Positions 19,715-29,936 of a stretch of 64,000 nt of DNA are shown here, piece after piece (the first letter of the stretch is position 1; every line of letters starts with the position of its first letter). The position numbers and the translations under genes are program-made. The stretch is from an uncultured Pedobacter sp. Lineage in GTDB: Bacteria > Bacteroidota > Bacteroidia > Sphingobacteriales > Sphingobacteriaceae. The DNA is taken from NCBI RefSeq assembly GCF_913776295.1, contig NZ_CAJYOJ010000065.1, positions 32,813 through 96,812 of the forward strand. The letters run 5' to 3'. The notes under the pieces are model-generated. The model saw only the letters and a program-made list of their open reading frames with translations. It searched no databases and was not told where the DNA came from.

Positions 19715-21289
19715 ATGAGCGATCTTTCTTCAAAATTCATCGAAAAAATAAAATCATCTTATGCTCCTTCGGGTTCGTGCATTTATTTAGGCGCCGGAAT
19801 TTTAGATGGACAGGTCTATAGCGAAGCCGAAGTTAATTTGTCGTTAAAAATGATGAATAGACACGGTCTGATTGCCGGAGCAACAGGAACAGGTAAAACT
19901 CGGACCCTACAGTTACTGGCAGAGCAGCTGTCAGACGCTGGTGTTCCGGTTTTTATGTTGGATGTCAAGGGCGATTTATCGGGTTTGAACCAACCAGGTT
20001 CTGTTAATCCAAAAATCGAGGAAAGAGCACAACAGCTCAACAAAACTTTTTCACCAACAGGTTTCCCGGTCGAGATTTACTCCCTTTCAGGCAGAATGGG
20101 CGCACAGATGCGTGCAACCGTCCTGGAGTTTGGACCTACGCTTTTATCAAAAATTTTAGATTTAAACGATACTCAGGCAGGTGTTTTAGCCGTCATCTTC
20201 AAATATGCTGATGACAATAAACTGCCGATAATCGATTTAAATGATTTAAAAAAACTGGTATCGTATCTTTCAGAAGGGCCAGGCGCAGCAGAAATCAAAA
20301 GCAGTTATGGCAGTATTTCTACCGCAACAGCTGGCACCATGCTGAGGAAAATAGTAGCGATAGAACAACAGGGCTTAGGCGGTATGTTTGGTGAAAAATC
20401 TTTCGATACTGAAGATCTTTTTGAACGGATTGACGGCAAAGGGGCCATCAGTTTATTAAACATTGCAGATGTCCAGAACCAGCGCGTATTATACTCCACC
20501 TTTTTATTAAGTTTATTGGCTGAGTTATTTAATACCATGCCCGAGGTTGGCGATTTAGACAAACCAAAACTGGTATTCTTTTTTGATGAAGCCCATTTAT
20601 TGTTCAAAAACTCTTCCAAAGCATTTTTAGAACAGATAGAAACCATCATCAGGTTAATCCGTTCTAAAGCTATAGGTGTTTTCTTTTGTACACAGGCACC
20701 TACCGATGTTCCGGAAAGTGTTTTAGGCCAATTAGGCAACCGCGTGCAACATGCATTGAGGGCTTTTACCCCGAATGATGTGGATGCCCTGAAAAAGACG
20801 GTTAACACTTACCCAAAATCGGATTTTTATGAGATCGATAAAATATTAACCTCATTAGGTACGGGACAGGCATTGGTTACCGTATTAAATGAAAAAGGTA
20901 TTCCAACAGAAGTATCGGCAACCATGCTTACCCCGCCAAGGGCCGTAATGGGACCACTTACAGCTGCAGATTTCGAGCAGCTGGTAAATACCAGCCCGAT
21001 GTATGCCAAATATAAAGATTCTATCGACCCTGAAAGTGCATATGACATTTTAACTAAACGCATTAACGAACAAACTGCAGCAGCCGAACAAGAAAAACAG
21101 GAAGCTGAAGCACAAAAACAAGCCGAAAAAGAAAGCAAGCCAAAACCAGGAGAAAAGAGCCTTATTGAACAGGTAATGGGTGCAACCATCACCCGACAAA
21201 TTGGTAAAGAAATTGTCCGCGGTATATTTGGCATGCTTACCGGTAAAAAAACACGCTCAAAAACCGGTGGCGGCCTTTTTGGATTTTAA
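19715..21289 (+). CDS. HerA-like ATPase, DUF853/YjgR family
   Basis: NRHGLIAGATGTGKT Walker A; FFFDEAHLLF Walker B; RLIRSKAIGVFFCTQ. Confidence 0.9.
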   Translation: MSDLSSKFIEKIKSSYAPSGSCIYLGAGILDGQVYSEAEVNLSLKMMNRHGLIAGATGTGKTRTLQLLAEQLSDAGVPVFMLDVKGDLSGLNQPGSVNPKIEERAQQLNKTFSPTGFPVEIYSLSGRMGAQMRATVLEFGPTLLSKILDLNDTQAGVLAVIFKYADDNKLPIIDLNDLKKLVSYLSEGPGAAEIKSSYGSISTATAGTMLRKIVAIEQQGLGGMFGEKSFDTEDLFERIDGKGAISLLNIADVQNQRVLYSTFLLSLLAELFNTMPEVGDLDKPKLVFFFDEAHLLFKNSSKAFLEQIETIIRLIRSKAIGVFFCTQAPTDVPESVLGQLGNRVQHALRAFTPNDVDALKKTVNTYPKSDFYEIDKILTSLGTGQALVTVLNEKGIPTEVSATMLTPPRAVMGPLTAADFEQLVNTSPMYAKYKDSIDPESAYDILTKRINEQTAAAEQEKQEAEAQKQAEKESKPKPGEKSLIEQVMGATITRQIGKEIVRGIFGMLTGKKTRSKTGGGLFGF

Positions 21290-21409
21290 AAACTAATTAA
21301 TTAACATAATAAAGCGCTCAAATAACTAATTTTGCAAGTTGAAACTAAGATAATGTATTAGTTATTTCATCATCAAGGTCTCGACGCACAATAATATAAT
21401 AAACAATAG

Positions 21410-22309
21410 ATGAAACCCACCTTATTAATATTAGCAGCCGGTATGGCCAGCCGCTATGGAAGCATGAAACAGATTGATGGTTTTGGCCCGAATGGCGAAA
21501 CGATTATCGATTATTCAATATATGATGCAATAAATGCCGGTTTCGGTAAAGTTGTATTTATCATCAAAGAAGAGTTTGTAGATAACTTTAAAGCTATTTT
21601 TGAACCTAAACTTGCCGGAAGAATTGAAGTGGATTATGTTTTCCAAAACTTCGATTTAAAACAGTTTGGTATAGAAGAAGAAATTTACAGAGAAAAGCCC
21701 TGGGGTACTGCACATGCAATCTTATCGGGTAGAAAAATAGTTAAAGAACCTTTCTGCGTAATCAATGCAGATGACTATTATGGTTTCGATGCCTTTAAAA
21801 AAATGGTCGATTTCTTAACTACAGAAGTAACGGACAGCAACTACTCCATCATCGGTTACCAGATCGGAAAAACTTTATCAGAATTTGGTGCAGTTTCCCG
21901 CGGGGTTTGTAAGGTAGATGCAACTGGCAATCTCGAAGAGATTATCGAACGTACCAAGGTGTATCCTAAAGACGGCAAGATCTTTTATGAAGAAAATGGC
22001 GAAGAATTTCCTTTGGCATATGAAACACCAGTTTCGATGAATTTCTGGGGCTTCACACCTGCTGTTTTCAAAATTACTGAAGATCTGTTCAAAGAATTTG
22101 TGGAAGCCAATAAAGACAAGCCTAAAGCAGAGTTTTTTATTCCATTAATTGGCGAAAACCTGGTAAAAAGCAATACGGCAACCTTTAAAGTAATTCCTAC
22201 TTCAAACAAATGGTTTGGCGTAACTTATAAAGAAGATAAACCTTATGTTCAGGATAGTATTGACCAATTGGTGAAAAACGGAACATACCCGGAAAAACTT
22301 TGGGATTAA
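21410..22309 (+). CDS. Sugar-phosphate nucleotidyltransferase family protein
   Basis: LAAGMASRYGSMKQ, KPWGTAHA and INADDYYG motifs. Confidence 0.88.
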   Translation: MKPTLLILAAGMASRYGSMKQIDGFGPNGETIIDYSIYDAINAGFGKVVFIIKEEFVDNFKAIFEPKLAGRIEVDYVFQNFDLKQFGIEEEIYREKPWGTAHAILSGRKIVKEPFCVINADDYYGFDAFKKMVDFLTTEVTDSNYSIIGYQIGKTLSEFGAVSRGVCKVDATGNLEEIIERTKVYPKDGKIFYEENGEEFPLAYETPVSMNFWGFTPAVFKITEDLFKEFVEANKDKPKAEFFIPLIGENLVKSNTATFKVIPTSNKWFGVTYKEDKPYVQDSIDQLVKNGTYPEKLWD

Positions 22310-22360
22310 ATTGATTCTGAAGGTTAAAAAGCATAAGCTACAGAAAATGCAAAAATTACA

Positions 22361-22397
22361 AAATAGGTACGGTTTTAATTAACCGTACTTATTTTTT
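22361..22397 (+). terminator. Intrinsic terminator
   Basis: aaataggtacggtt/aaccgtacttattt stem plus T tract. Confidence 0.65.
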
Positions 22398-22672
22398 CTT
22401 CAGAATCATAAGAAAAAAATATTCTTCAAAACATCAATAGTTTGGCATTTAATCGCCATAAGCTATTGCAAAATACCTCAGACTAATCGCTAATTATCAT
22501 TATTTTACCTATCCTGATTAATTTTATAAAACATGTTTCGACAATTCAGCTAAGAATAAGCCTACCTTCATGACTACTGGGGTAGGGCTCCATTTTTGGG
22601 CTAAATATGTTTTTGTCTAATAAGTCTGATAGTATCTTGCAGTACAAATACTGCCAAATAAAAAAGAAGAAT

Positions 22673-22969
22673 ATGAGAATCGATAATTTTAAAGTTTGGC
22701 TTTTTATTTCTACCTCACTCCTTTTTGTCCTCTTTACTTTTATAACATTTATTGCATTTGGAGCGCTTGATGAAGGTACCTCTGGAACCAGCCCAACTAT
22801 ACAAGTAACAGCCAAATTATATTATATTTTCCGTTTCCCTACACATACGTTGTTATTTCGTTTTATGAATGGGTCGGTCTTCTTCATTGGGTTATTGCTC
22901 AACTGTCTATTTTATGGATTTTTAACTGAGCGAATTGTTTTTCTATTGAGTAATAAAAAATTAGCTTAG
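22673..22969 (+). CDS. Hypothetical membrane protein
   Basis: 98 aa with two hydrophobic helices; ATG 22673 after an A-rich tract. Confidence 0.65.
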   Translation: MRIDNFKVWLFISTSLLFVLFTFITFIAFGALDEGTSGTSPTIQVTAKLYYIFRFPTHTLLFRFMNGSVFFIGLLLNCLFYGFLTERIVFLLSNKKLA

Positions 22970-23059
22970 CAGTTTGCAATTATATAAGATATTGAGTTCA
23001 TATAAGTGATCCGAACTTTGCAGCTTTTAAACAAAAGCCATGAACAAAAAGCCCTTCTA

Positions 23060-23125
23060 CATAAACCTGACAGCAGCGGCAGCCCCGAATTTTTCATGAG
23101 GGCTACAGCGAATGGCGGGACTGCA
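23060..23125 (+). repeat. Dispersed ~65-bp palindromic repeat, copy A
   Basis: cataaacctgacagcagcgg...agcgaatggcggga, shared with the reverse complement of 60644-60707. Confidence 0.85.
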
Positions 23126-23224
23126 GTTACAGAAAAGCGCCTAACTTTCATTTCCCAAATCTCTTTAACTTTAACCCTATAAGCCATATAGGAACAAGAA
23201 GTTAAACAACCACCATTAAAACCC

Positions 23225-23260
23225 AAAAAAGCGTCCCTGAATTTAATCAGGAACGCTTTC
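23225..23260 (-). terminator. dnaK terminator
   Basis: aagcgtccctga/tcaggaacgctt stem with an A run on the plus strand. Confidence 0.75.
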
Positions 23261-23310
23261 TATATTTAGATCTTCGGACTTTACGGACCTCAGACTTTAA
23301 GACTTTAAGA

Positions 23311-25218
23311 CTATTTCTTATCGTCTTCTTTTACTTCTTCAAAATCAACGTCAGTAACATTATCGCCACCTTGAGCTTGTCCATCAGCTTGTGGTTGTTC
23401 ACCACCCTGAGGTTGCTCTCCAGCTTTGTACATTTCTTCTGATGCCACGTTCCAGGCAGCTTGTAATTCAGCCGAAGCCGCATCGATATCTGCGAAATTA
23501 CGTGACGAGTGTGCTGCTTTTAATTTCTCTAAACCAGCTTCAATTGGTGCTTTTTTATCAGCAGATAATTTGTCACCAAACTCTTTCAATTGTTTCTCCG
23601 TTGAGAAAATTAAAGCATCAGCACCGTTAATTTTATCAGCTTCTTCTTTTTGCTTCGCATCATCTGCAGCATTCGCTTCCGCTTCTTCTTTCATTTTTTT
23701 GATTTCAGCATCAGTTAAACCTGAAGATGCCTCGATACGGATTTTTTGCTCTTTACCAGTAGCTTTATCTTTAGCACTTACGTGTAAGATACCGTTGGCA
23801 TCAATATCGAATGATACTTCAACCTGAGGCACACCACGAGGTGCTGGTGGAATACCATCTAAAATGAAACGGCCAATGGTACGGTTCTGAGCAGCCATCG
23901 GACGCTCACCTTGTAAAATGTGGATTTCTACCGAAGGCTGGTTATCAGCTGCAGTGGAGAAGGTTTCCGATTTTTTAGTTGGGATCGTAGTGTTAGACTC
24001 AATTAATTTAGTCATTACACCACCCATCGTTTCAATACCTAATGATAAAGGCGTAACGTCTAATAACAATACATCTTTCACATCACCAGTTAATACACCA
24101 CCTTGAATAGCAGCACCAATCGCTACCACCTCATCAGGATTAACGCCTTTGCTTGGCTCTTTACCGAAGAAAGCTTTAACCGCTTCCTGAATAGCAGGAA
24201 TACGTGTAGAACCACCTACCAGGATAATTTCGTCGATATCACCTGTGCTTAAACCAGCGTTTTTCAAAGCAGATTTACAAGGATCGATAGTACGTTTAAT
24301 TAAGCTATCAGCTAATTGCTCAAATTTAGCACGAGATAATGTACGTACCAAGTGTTTAGGGCCACTAGCATCAGCAGTAATGTATGGTAAATTAATTTCA
24401 GTTGAAGTAGTGCTTGATAACTCAATTTTAGCTTTCTCAGCAGCTTCTTTTAAACGTTGCAACGCCATTGGATCTTTAGAAAGGTCCATGTTGTTTTCTG
24501 ATTTAAACTCCTGAGTTAACCAATCGATAATGATGTGGTCAAAGTCATCACCACCTAAGTGCGTATCACCATCGGTAGATTTTACTTCGAAAACGCCATC
24601 ACCCAATTCCAGTACAGAAACGTCATGCGTACCACCACCACAGTCAAACACCACAATTTTCATGTCTTTGTGTGCTTTATCTAAACCATAAGCTAAAGCA
24701 GCTGCAGTTGGCTCGTTAATGATACGTTTCACAGATAAACCTGCAATCTCGCCAGCTTCTTTAGTCGCCTGACGTTGCGCATCATTAAAATAAGCTGGTA
24801 CGGTAATTACCGCCTCAGTTACTTCCTGTCCTAAGAAATCTTCGGCAGTTTTTTTCATTTTTTGCAAAATCATTGCAGAAATCTCTTGTGGAGTGTATTT
24901 TCTGTCGTCGATTTCAACACGTGGTGTATTGTTGTCTCCTTTTACTACTTTATAAGGTACGCGTCCAGCCTCTTTCGCACTTTCGTCATAGCTGCTACCC
25001 ATAAAGCGTTTAATTGAATATATCGTTTTTGTTGGGTTGGTTATAGCCTGACGTTTAGCAGGCTCGCCAACTTTACGCTCACCGTTTTCTGCAAAAGCAA
25101 CAATAGACGGTGTAGTACGTTTACCCTCACTGTTTGCGATAACTACAGGCTCATTGCCCTCCATTACGCTCACGCAAGAGTTTGTTGTTCCTAAGTCTAT
25201 TCCAATAATTTTTCCCAT
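23311..25218 (-). CDS. dnaK: Chaperone DnaK (Hsp70)
   Basis: [19 protein letters not shown] and LVGGSTRIP signatures. Confidence 0.99.
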   Translation of the reverse strand: MGKIIGIDLGTTNSCVSVMEGNEPVVIANSEGKRTTPSIVAFAENGERKVGEPAKRQAITNPTKTIYSIKRFMGSSYDESAKEAGRVPYKVVKGDNNTPRVEIDDRKYTPQEISAMILQKMKKTAEDFLGQEVTEAVITVPAYFNDAQRQATKEAGEIAGLSVKRIINEPTAAALAYGLDKAHKDMKIVVFDCGGGTHDVSVLELGDGVFEVKSTDGDTHLGGDDFDHIIIDWLTQEFKSENNMDLSKDPMALQRLKEAAEKAKIELSSTTSTEINLPYITADASGPKHLVRTLSRAKFEQLADSLIKRTIDPCKSALKNAGLSTGDIDEIILVGGSTRIPAIQEAVKAFFGKEPSKGVNPDEVVAIGAAIQGGVLTGDVKDVLLLDVTPLSLGIETMGGVMTKLIESNTTIPTKKSETFSTAADNQPSVEIHILQGERPMAAQNRTIGRFILDGIPPAPRGVPQVEVSFDIDANGILHVSAKDKATGKEQKIRIEASSGLTDAEIKKMKEEAEANAADDAKQKEEADKINGADALIFSTEKQLKEFGDKLSADKKAPIEAGLEKLKAAHSSRNFADIDAASAELQAAWNVASEEMYKAGEQPQGGEQPQADGQAQGGDNVTDVDFEEVKEDDKK

Positions 25219-25269
25219 TGTATTTTTATTTTTCTCTTTTTAAAGTATTATAATTTCTACAGCTATTAA

Positions 25270-25284
25270 ACAATGCTTGTGCCA
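25270..25284 (-). promoter_or_regulatory. Candidate sigma-54 promoter of dnaK
   Basis: Minus strand TGGCAC-aagca-TTGT matches the -24/-12 spacing TGGCAC-N5-TTGC with one mismatch; about 50 nt from the ATG. Confidence 0.5.
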
Positions 25285-25390
25285 ATTGGTTTTTGGCAGA
25301 GATTATGAGAAAAAGACTGATAAAATGTAAAAAACAACCCAATTTGATACTGACAGCATGACAGAAAACAGGTAAGATACAGATGGATTG

Positions 25391-25418
25391 AAAGGGCAAA
25401 GTTTAAAGCTCAGGTATT
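25391..25418. repeat. Heptamer-periodic array (AAAG core)
   Basis: aaagggc aaagttt aaagctc aggtatt. Confidence 0.55.
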
Positions 25419-25481
25419 AGAGCAAAGTAAAGATTTCTTAAAATGATTTGAAAATGAAAGTCAGCAGTTCTTCGGAAACAC

Positions 25482-25537
25482 CAGCCCCGCTAACCGCTTT
25501 ACTCCGTTGCACTACGTGTTCGCTATTATCGGGTTTA
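25482..25537 (-). repeat. Dispersed palindromic repeat, diverged copy B
   Basis: Reverse complement taaacccgataatagcg...ggagtaaagcggttagcggggctg shares both arms with copies A and C. Confidence 0.65.
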
Positions 25538-25650
25538 GTTACAACGGGCCGTAAAAATCCATCCATAATTTTATATCTTTAAAGACGCAATCAATCTGGG
25601 GCAATCATTTAAATTAATTTAATCATTTAAATCTGTGTAATCTCTATCAT

Positions 25651-26010
25651 ATGCAAATAGCAGCACAAATCTTAATCGGCTTAGTAGCCTTTATTCACGT
25701 TTATATCCTTTGGTTGGAAATGTTCGCCTGGACAACCAAAGCACCACAGGTATTTAAAACCATTCCTAAAGACTTATTCGTACCAACAAAAACATTGGCT
25801 GCTAATCAGGGCTTATATAATGGCTTTTTAGCAGCGGGTTTAATCTGGTCGCTATGTATAAATGATCATGAATGGAAAATGTACGTAGCTATATTTTTTC
25901 TATGCTGTGTGATTATTGCGGGTATTTATGGTGCAGCAATGGCGAGTAAAAAAATTCTCTATGTGCAATCTATTCCTGCTTTAGTCGCATTAATCTTATT
26001 GCATTTGTAA
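25651..26010 (+). CDS. DUF1304 family membrane protein
   Basis: HVYILWLEMF, ANQGLYNGFLAAG and YVQSIPA motifs. Confidence 0.88.
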   Translation: MQIAAQILIGLVAFIHVYILWLEMFAWTTKAPQVFKTIPKDLFVPTKTLAANQGLYNGFLAAGLIWSLCINDHEWKMYVAIFFLCCVIIAGIYGAAMASKKILYVQSIPALVALILLHL

Positions 26011-26077
26011 CTAAGTTCTATTGGTCGGTATCGCACCTACCGAAATGGTGCATTACTCTTCATACCACTCATTCTCC

Positions 26078-26665
26078 ATGCAAAAGTTGTTCGTTCTCCT
26101 GGCTTTATTCACCGTCTTCCGATTTAAGCCTTTCGTGGATAATAAAGTGAGTGAAGATAGAATTGGCGAAGCATTGGTCTTCTGTAAAAAAAACAACATG
26201 GATACTTCCATTGCCATGATGGTTGACATGAGTATCCATTCCGGCAAAAACAGATTCTTCGTTTATGATTTTAAACAGAAGAAAATTATCATCGAAGGCT
26301 TATGTGCCCATGGGGTTGGAGGAGGTAGTACCCCAACGAAACCTGTCTTCAGTAATAAGGAGGGTAGTTATTGCACCTCGTTGGGTAAATATAACGTTAA
26401 AGGACGTGCGTATAGCAATTGGGGTATCCATGTGCATTATAAAATGTATGGTTTAGAGAAAACGAATAGCAATGCTTTTAAACGGATTGTGGTCTTACAT
26501 TCCTATAGTCCAGTACCTAATCAGGAAATTTATCCTCAAACCCTTTTCGGGCAAAGTGCTGGCTGCCCTGTTTTATCAGATGCCACGATGAAAAAAGTAG
26601 ATACTTTGTTGAAGAACAGGGAAAAACCAGTATTACTCTGGATTTACAATTCGTATTCAATTTAA
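26078..26665 (+). CDS. Murein L,D-transpeptidase catalytic domain protein (YkuD_2-like)
   Basis: FSN..GSYCTSLG.Y, NSNAFKRIVVLHS and GQSAGCP motifs; ATG 26078 gives a signal peptide. Confidence 0.85.
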   Translation: MQKLFVLLALFTVFRFKPFVDNKVSEDRIGEALVFCKKNNMDTSIAMMVDMSIHSGKNRFFVYDFKQKKIIIEGLCAHGVGGGSTPTKPVFSNKEGSYCTSLGKYNVKGRAYSNWGIHVHYKMYGLEKTNSNAFKRIVVLHSYSPVPNQEIYPQTLFGQSAGCPVLSDATMKKVDTLLKNREKPVLLWIYNSYSI

Positions 26666-26673
26666 TAAGGCGA

Positions 26674-26692
26674 TCGTCATTCGGAATGACGA
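26674..26692. repeat. CGTC-type mini-palindrome between convergent genes
   Basis: tcgtcattc-g-gaatgacga. Confidence 0.6.
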
Positions 26693-26698
26693 ATATTC

Positions 26699-27898
26699 TT
26701 AAAGCTCCAACAATCTTTCCAAATGATGATAGCCAATGCCAAAGTATTGCTTGCTGGCTTTAATTTTCTCTAAAATTGCTTTCTGCCCCTCAGTCTTCGG
26801 ACTTCCGACTAAAGACTTCTGACTTTTCTTCACCCCCACCACAAGCACATTTTTAGGCGTATGCGCATCAGAAATAAATTCGAGAACTTTGGTTTTATAG
26901 CCAAAATACTCCAAAATCAAAGCCCGGATGCCATCAGTAACCATTTCGGCCTGACGTTCCAAAAAGATTCCGTACTTGGTCAAAAAAGAAACATCATTCT
27001 TTACTTTGTTTTGTTCAATTTCCCTGCGGATCTGTTTATGGCAGCAGGGCGCAACTACAATCAACTCGGCATTGGCCTTAATTCCTTTATAAATGGCATC
27101 ATCTGTCGCGGTATCGCAGGCATGTAATGCAATTAAAAGGTTTACCTCTTCTGCATTATAATCTTCAATAGTGCCTTGTACAAAATTCAATTTGTGGAAA
27201 GCAGATTTTACCGCAACCTGGTTACATAAGTCAACCATATCCTGCCGGAACTCTACTCCGATTACCTCGCTTTCCAATTTTAAAACCGAATGCAGGTAAT
27301 CGTAAAGTGCAAAAGTCAGATAACCTTTGCCAGAACCCATATCAGCAACCTTTTTAATAGTGCCTTCAGGTAGTTCTTTTATCAAAGTGCTTAAAATTTC
27401 AATATAGTGATTTATTTGCTTGAATTTATCCTGCGCATTTTTAAAAACCTTCCCATCTGCATCAGTGATTTTCAATTCTGTCAAATACGAATTCGAATCA
27501 GGTTTGATCAACCTGGTTTTTTCTTTGTCGTGATTGGCAGATGGTGCCGCTACACGGGTTGCTTTACCTTTACGCAGCACAACCTTTCCATTGTTCATTT
27601 CCTCCAGTATGAGGTCGTTCTCGGTCGTAAATAGCGTAGCTATTTTAAATCCGGTTGTCAGATAATTCTCAATTAAATCGATGGCCTCATTGATCGCGTA
27701 GTTTTTAACCACATCGCGTGTTTTGTAGCGATAAGTAAGTGCCAGTCTATCTTCACGTTTAATTATCACCTTACGGATCAACAATTGTTTCAAGGCTTCT
27801 TCTGCCCCTTTATAATTCCCTAAAGAAACTTTTACAAAATTTTCTTCTTTTAAACTGGCTTTTAAAGCGGTAATAAATTGCTTGATATATTCTGACAC
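26699..27898 (-). CDS. SAM-dependent methyltransferase (Methyltransf_32-like)
   Basis: ADMGSGKGYL, LHACDTATD and APCCH motifs. GTG 27898 is preferred because a -7 promoter box overlaps the ORF-track ATG at 27919. Confidence 0.85.
   Translation of the reverse strand: MSEYIKQFITALKASLKEENFVKVSLGNYKGAEEALKQLLIRKVIIKREDRLALTYRYKTRDVVKNYAINEAIDLIENYLTTGFKIATLFTTENDLILEEMNNGKVVLRKGKATRVAAPSANHDKEKTRLIKPDSNSYLTELKITDADGKVFKNAQDKFKQINHYIEILSTLIKELPEGTIKKVADMGSGKGYLTFALYDYLHSVLKLESEVIGVEFRQDMVDLCNQVAVKSAFHKLNFVQGTIEDYNAEEVNLLIALHACDTATDDAIYKGIKANAELIVVAPCCHKQIRREIEQNKVKNDVSFLTKYGIFLERQAEMVTDGIRALILEYFGYKTKVLEFISDAHTPKNVLVVGVKKSQKSLVGSPKTEGQKAILEKIKASKQYFGIGYHHLERLLEL
26800..26824. repeat. Heptamer-periodic GACT array inside the methyltransferase CDS
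   Basis: GACT at 26800, 26807, 26814, 26821. Confidence 0.8.
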
Positions 27899-27916
27899 TG
27901 CTATTGATTTGAAATA

Positions 27917-27924
27917 CAAAGATA
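27917..27924 (-). promoter_or_regulatory. -7 promoter element
   Basis: Minus-strand TAtcTTTG. Confidence 0.55.
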
Positions 27925-28188
27925 ATCAAGTTTATCTGGAGCCGAATACTCAATGAATAATGTAACAATAGAGCGACCATATAAAAAAATGGAAGAGATA
28001 AAATGCACGAAGGATTGCCATCTTTAACCATAAAAATCGTTGGTATTGATTTAAATAGATGAATGACGTAATACGATTTAGAAACCCGCCATAGCATCAT
28101 TATCTATACTGATTCCAAAATAGTGGAACACTTTTTTTTCAAAAAATTAAATTTTAGATTAGGGTATTCAAATAGCTAATCACAATAC

Positions 28189-29925
28189 ATGAGTGACTTT
28201 CAGATAAAAAAATCGCCTACTGTATACGATGCCATTATTGTTGGCTCGGGTGCAGGTGGCGGAATGGCAGCCTATGTGCTGGCTCATGCCGGTCAAAAGG
28301 TTTTAATGCTCGAGGCCGGTCAAAATTTCGATCCTCGATTGGATTCACATCAATTAAAATGGCCGTGGGAATCACCACGTCGCGGGGCAGGAACCGTTCG
28401 CCCCTTTGGTGATTTTGATGCTTCTTATGGCGGCTGGGAACTGGAAGGCGAGCCTTATACCCAGAAAAACAAAAGCGAATTCGAGTGGTTCCGATCGCGT
28501 ATGCTGGGTGGCCGTACCAACCACTGGGGAAGGATTTCTTTACGGATGGGTCCGGATGATTTTAAGCCCAAAGATGGTTTGACTGATGCCTGGCCGATAA
28601 CCTACGCGGATGTAAAACCATTTTATGATAAAGTTGACCGCATGATCGGTATTTATGGAACAGCAGAAGGTTTAGAAAATGAACCTGACGGCATTTTTAT
28701 GAAACCGCCTAAACCGAGGTTAAACGAGCTTTTCATCAAAAAAGGTGCTGAAAAAGCCGGCGTGAAGGTCATTACCGGTCGTGGTTCTGTATTAACAGAA
28801 GCTCTACCCAATAACAATGATCGCGCACCTTGTTTTTATTGTGGACAATGTGGAAGAAGCTGTAAAGTCTATGGCGATTTTTCATCATCATCGTGCCTGG
28901 TAAACCCTGCAGTAAAAACCGGAAACCTAACGGTTATTACCGATGCAATGGTACGTGAAGTGATTACCGATAAAGACGGTACTGCAAAAGGTGTTTCTTA
29001 TGTCAACCGAAAAGATTTACAGGAATATCAGGTAAACGGCAAGCTGGTTATTTTAGGTGCGAGTGCCTGCGAATCAGCGCGAATATTATTGAATTCCAAA
29101 TCAACTTCACATCCAAATGGCCTGGCCAATAGCAGTGGTGTAGTGGGCAAGTACCTGCACGATTCTACAGGGGCAAGCGTTTCGGGCTTTCTGCCGCAGT
29201 TAATGGATCGGAAACGTTATAATGAAGACGGTGTTGGTAGTGTTCACATCTATTCACCATGGTGGTTGGATAATCGCAAACTCAACTTCCCACGAGGTTA
29301 CCATATTGAATATTGGGGCGGGATGGGCATGCCTGCTTATGGTTTTGGTGGCGGCGTAGCTCAAATGAACGGGATGGTACCTGGCAGAGATGGAAAAATG
29401 AAAGAAGCCGGAGGTTACGGAAAATCACTAAAAGATGATTATCGGAGGTTTTATGGCACTGGTGTAGGTATGGCCGGCCGTGGTACCGCTATTGCGAGAG
29501 AAAGCAATTATTGCGAAATCGATCCGAACACGGTAGATAAATATGGCATTCCGGTTTTAAGGTTTAACTATAAATGGGATAAAGATGAAATTTTACAGGC
29601 GAAACACATGCAGGAAACTTTTCTTTCGATTATGAAGGAAATGGGTGCAGTGGTAACCTCCGAAATTCAAGGTGCAGATACCAATTACGGTTTACTCAAT
29701 CCCGGAAAAATCATCCACGAGGTAGGTACCATACGCATGGGCGACGACCCTAAAAAATCGGCTTTAAACAAATACTGCCAGGCACATGATTGTAAAAATC
29801 TGTTTGTGGTAGATGCGGGTCCGTTTGTACAACAGGGCGATAAAAATGCTACCTGGACTATCCTGGCCCTGTCCATGCGCACTGCAGAATATATTTTAGC
29901 TCAAAAGAAAAAACAAAACATTTAA
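28189..29925 (+). CDS. GMC oxidoreductase (glycoside 3-dehydrogenase-like flavoprotein)
   Basis: GSGAGGG, RSRMLGGRTNHWGR, CFYCGQCGRSC Fe-S motif and IHEVGTIRMG. Confidence 0.92.
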   Translation: MSDFQIKKSPTVYDAIIVGSGAGGGMAAYVLAHAGQKVLMLEAGQNFDPRLDSHQLKWPWESPRRGAGTVRPFGDFDASYGGWELEGEPYTQKNKSEFEWFRSRMLGGRTNHWGRISLRMGPDDFKPKDGLTDAWPITYADVKPFYDKVDRMIGIYGTAEGLENEPDGIFMKPPKPRLNELFIKKGAEKAGVKVITGRGSVLTEALPNNNDRAPCFYCGQCGRSCKVYGDFSSSSCLVNPAVKTGNLTVITDAMVREVITDKDGTAKGVSYVNRKDLQEYQVNGKLVILGASACESARILLNSKSTSHPNGLANSSGVVGKYLHDSTGASVSGFLPQLMDRKRYNEDGVGSVHIYSPWWLDNRKLNFPRGYHIEYWGGMGMPAYGFGGGVAQMNGMVPGRDGKMKEAGGYGKSLKDDYRRFYGTGVGMAGRGTAIARESNYCEIDPNTVDKYGIPVLRFNYKWDKDEILQAKHMQETFLSIMKEMGAVVTSEIQGADTNYGLLNPGKIIHEVGTIRMGDDPKKSALNKYCQAHDCKNLFVVDAGPFVQQGDKNATWTILALSMRTAEYILAQKKKQNI

Positions 29926-29936
29926 AGAATTACAAC

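Noticed and set aside
25219-25400. CIRCE/HrcA operator upstream of dnaK
   Set aside because: No TTAGCACTC-N9-GAGTGCTAA match seen.
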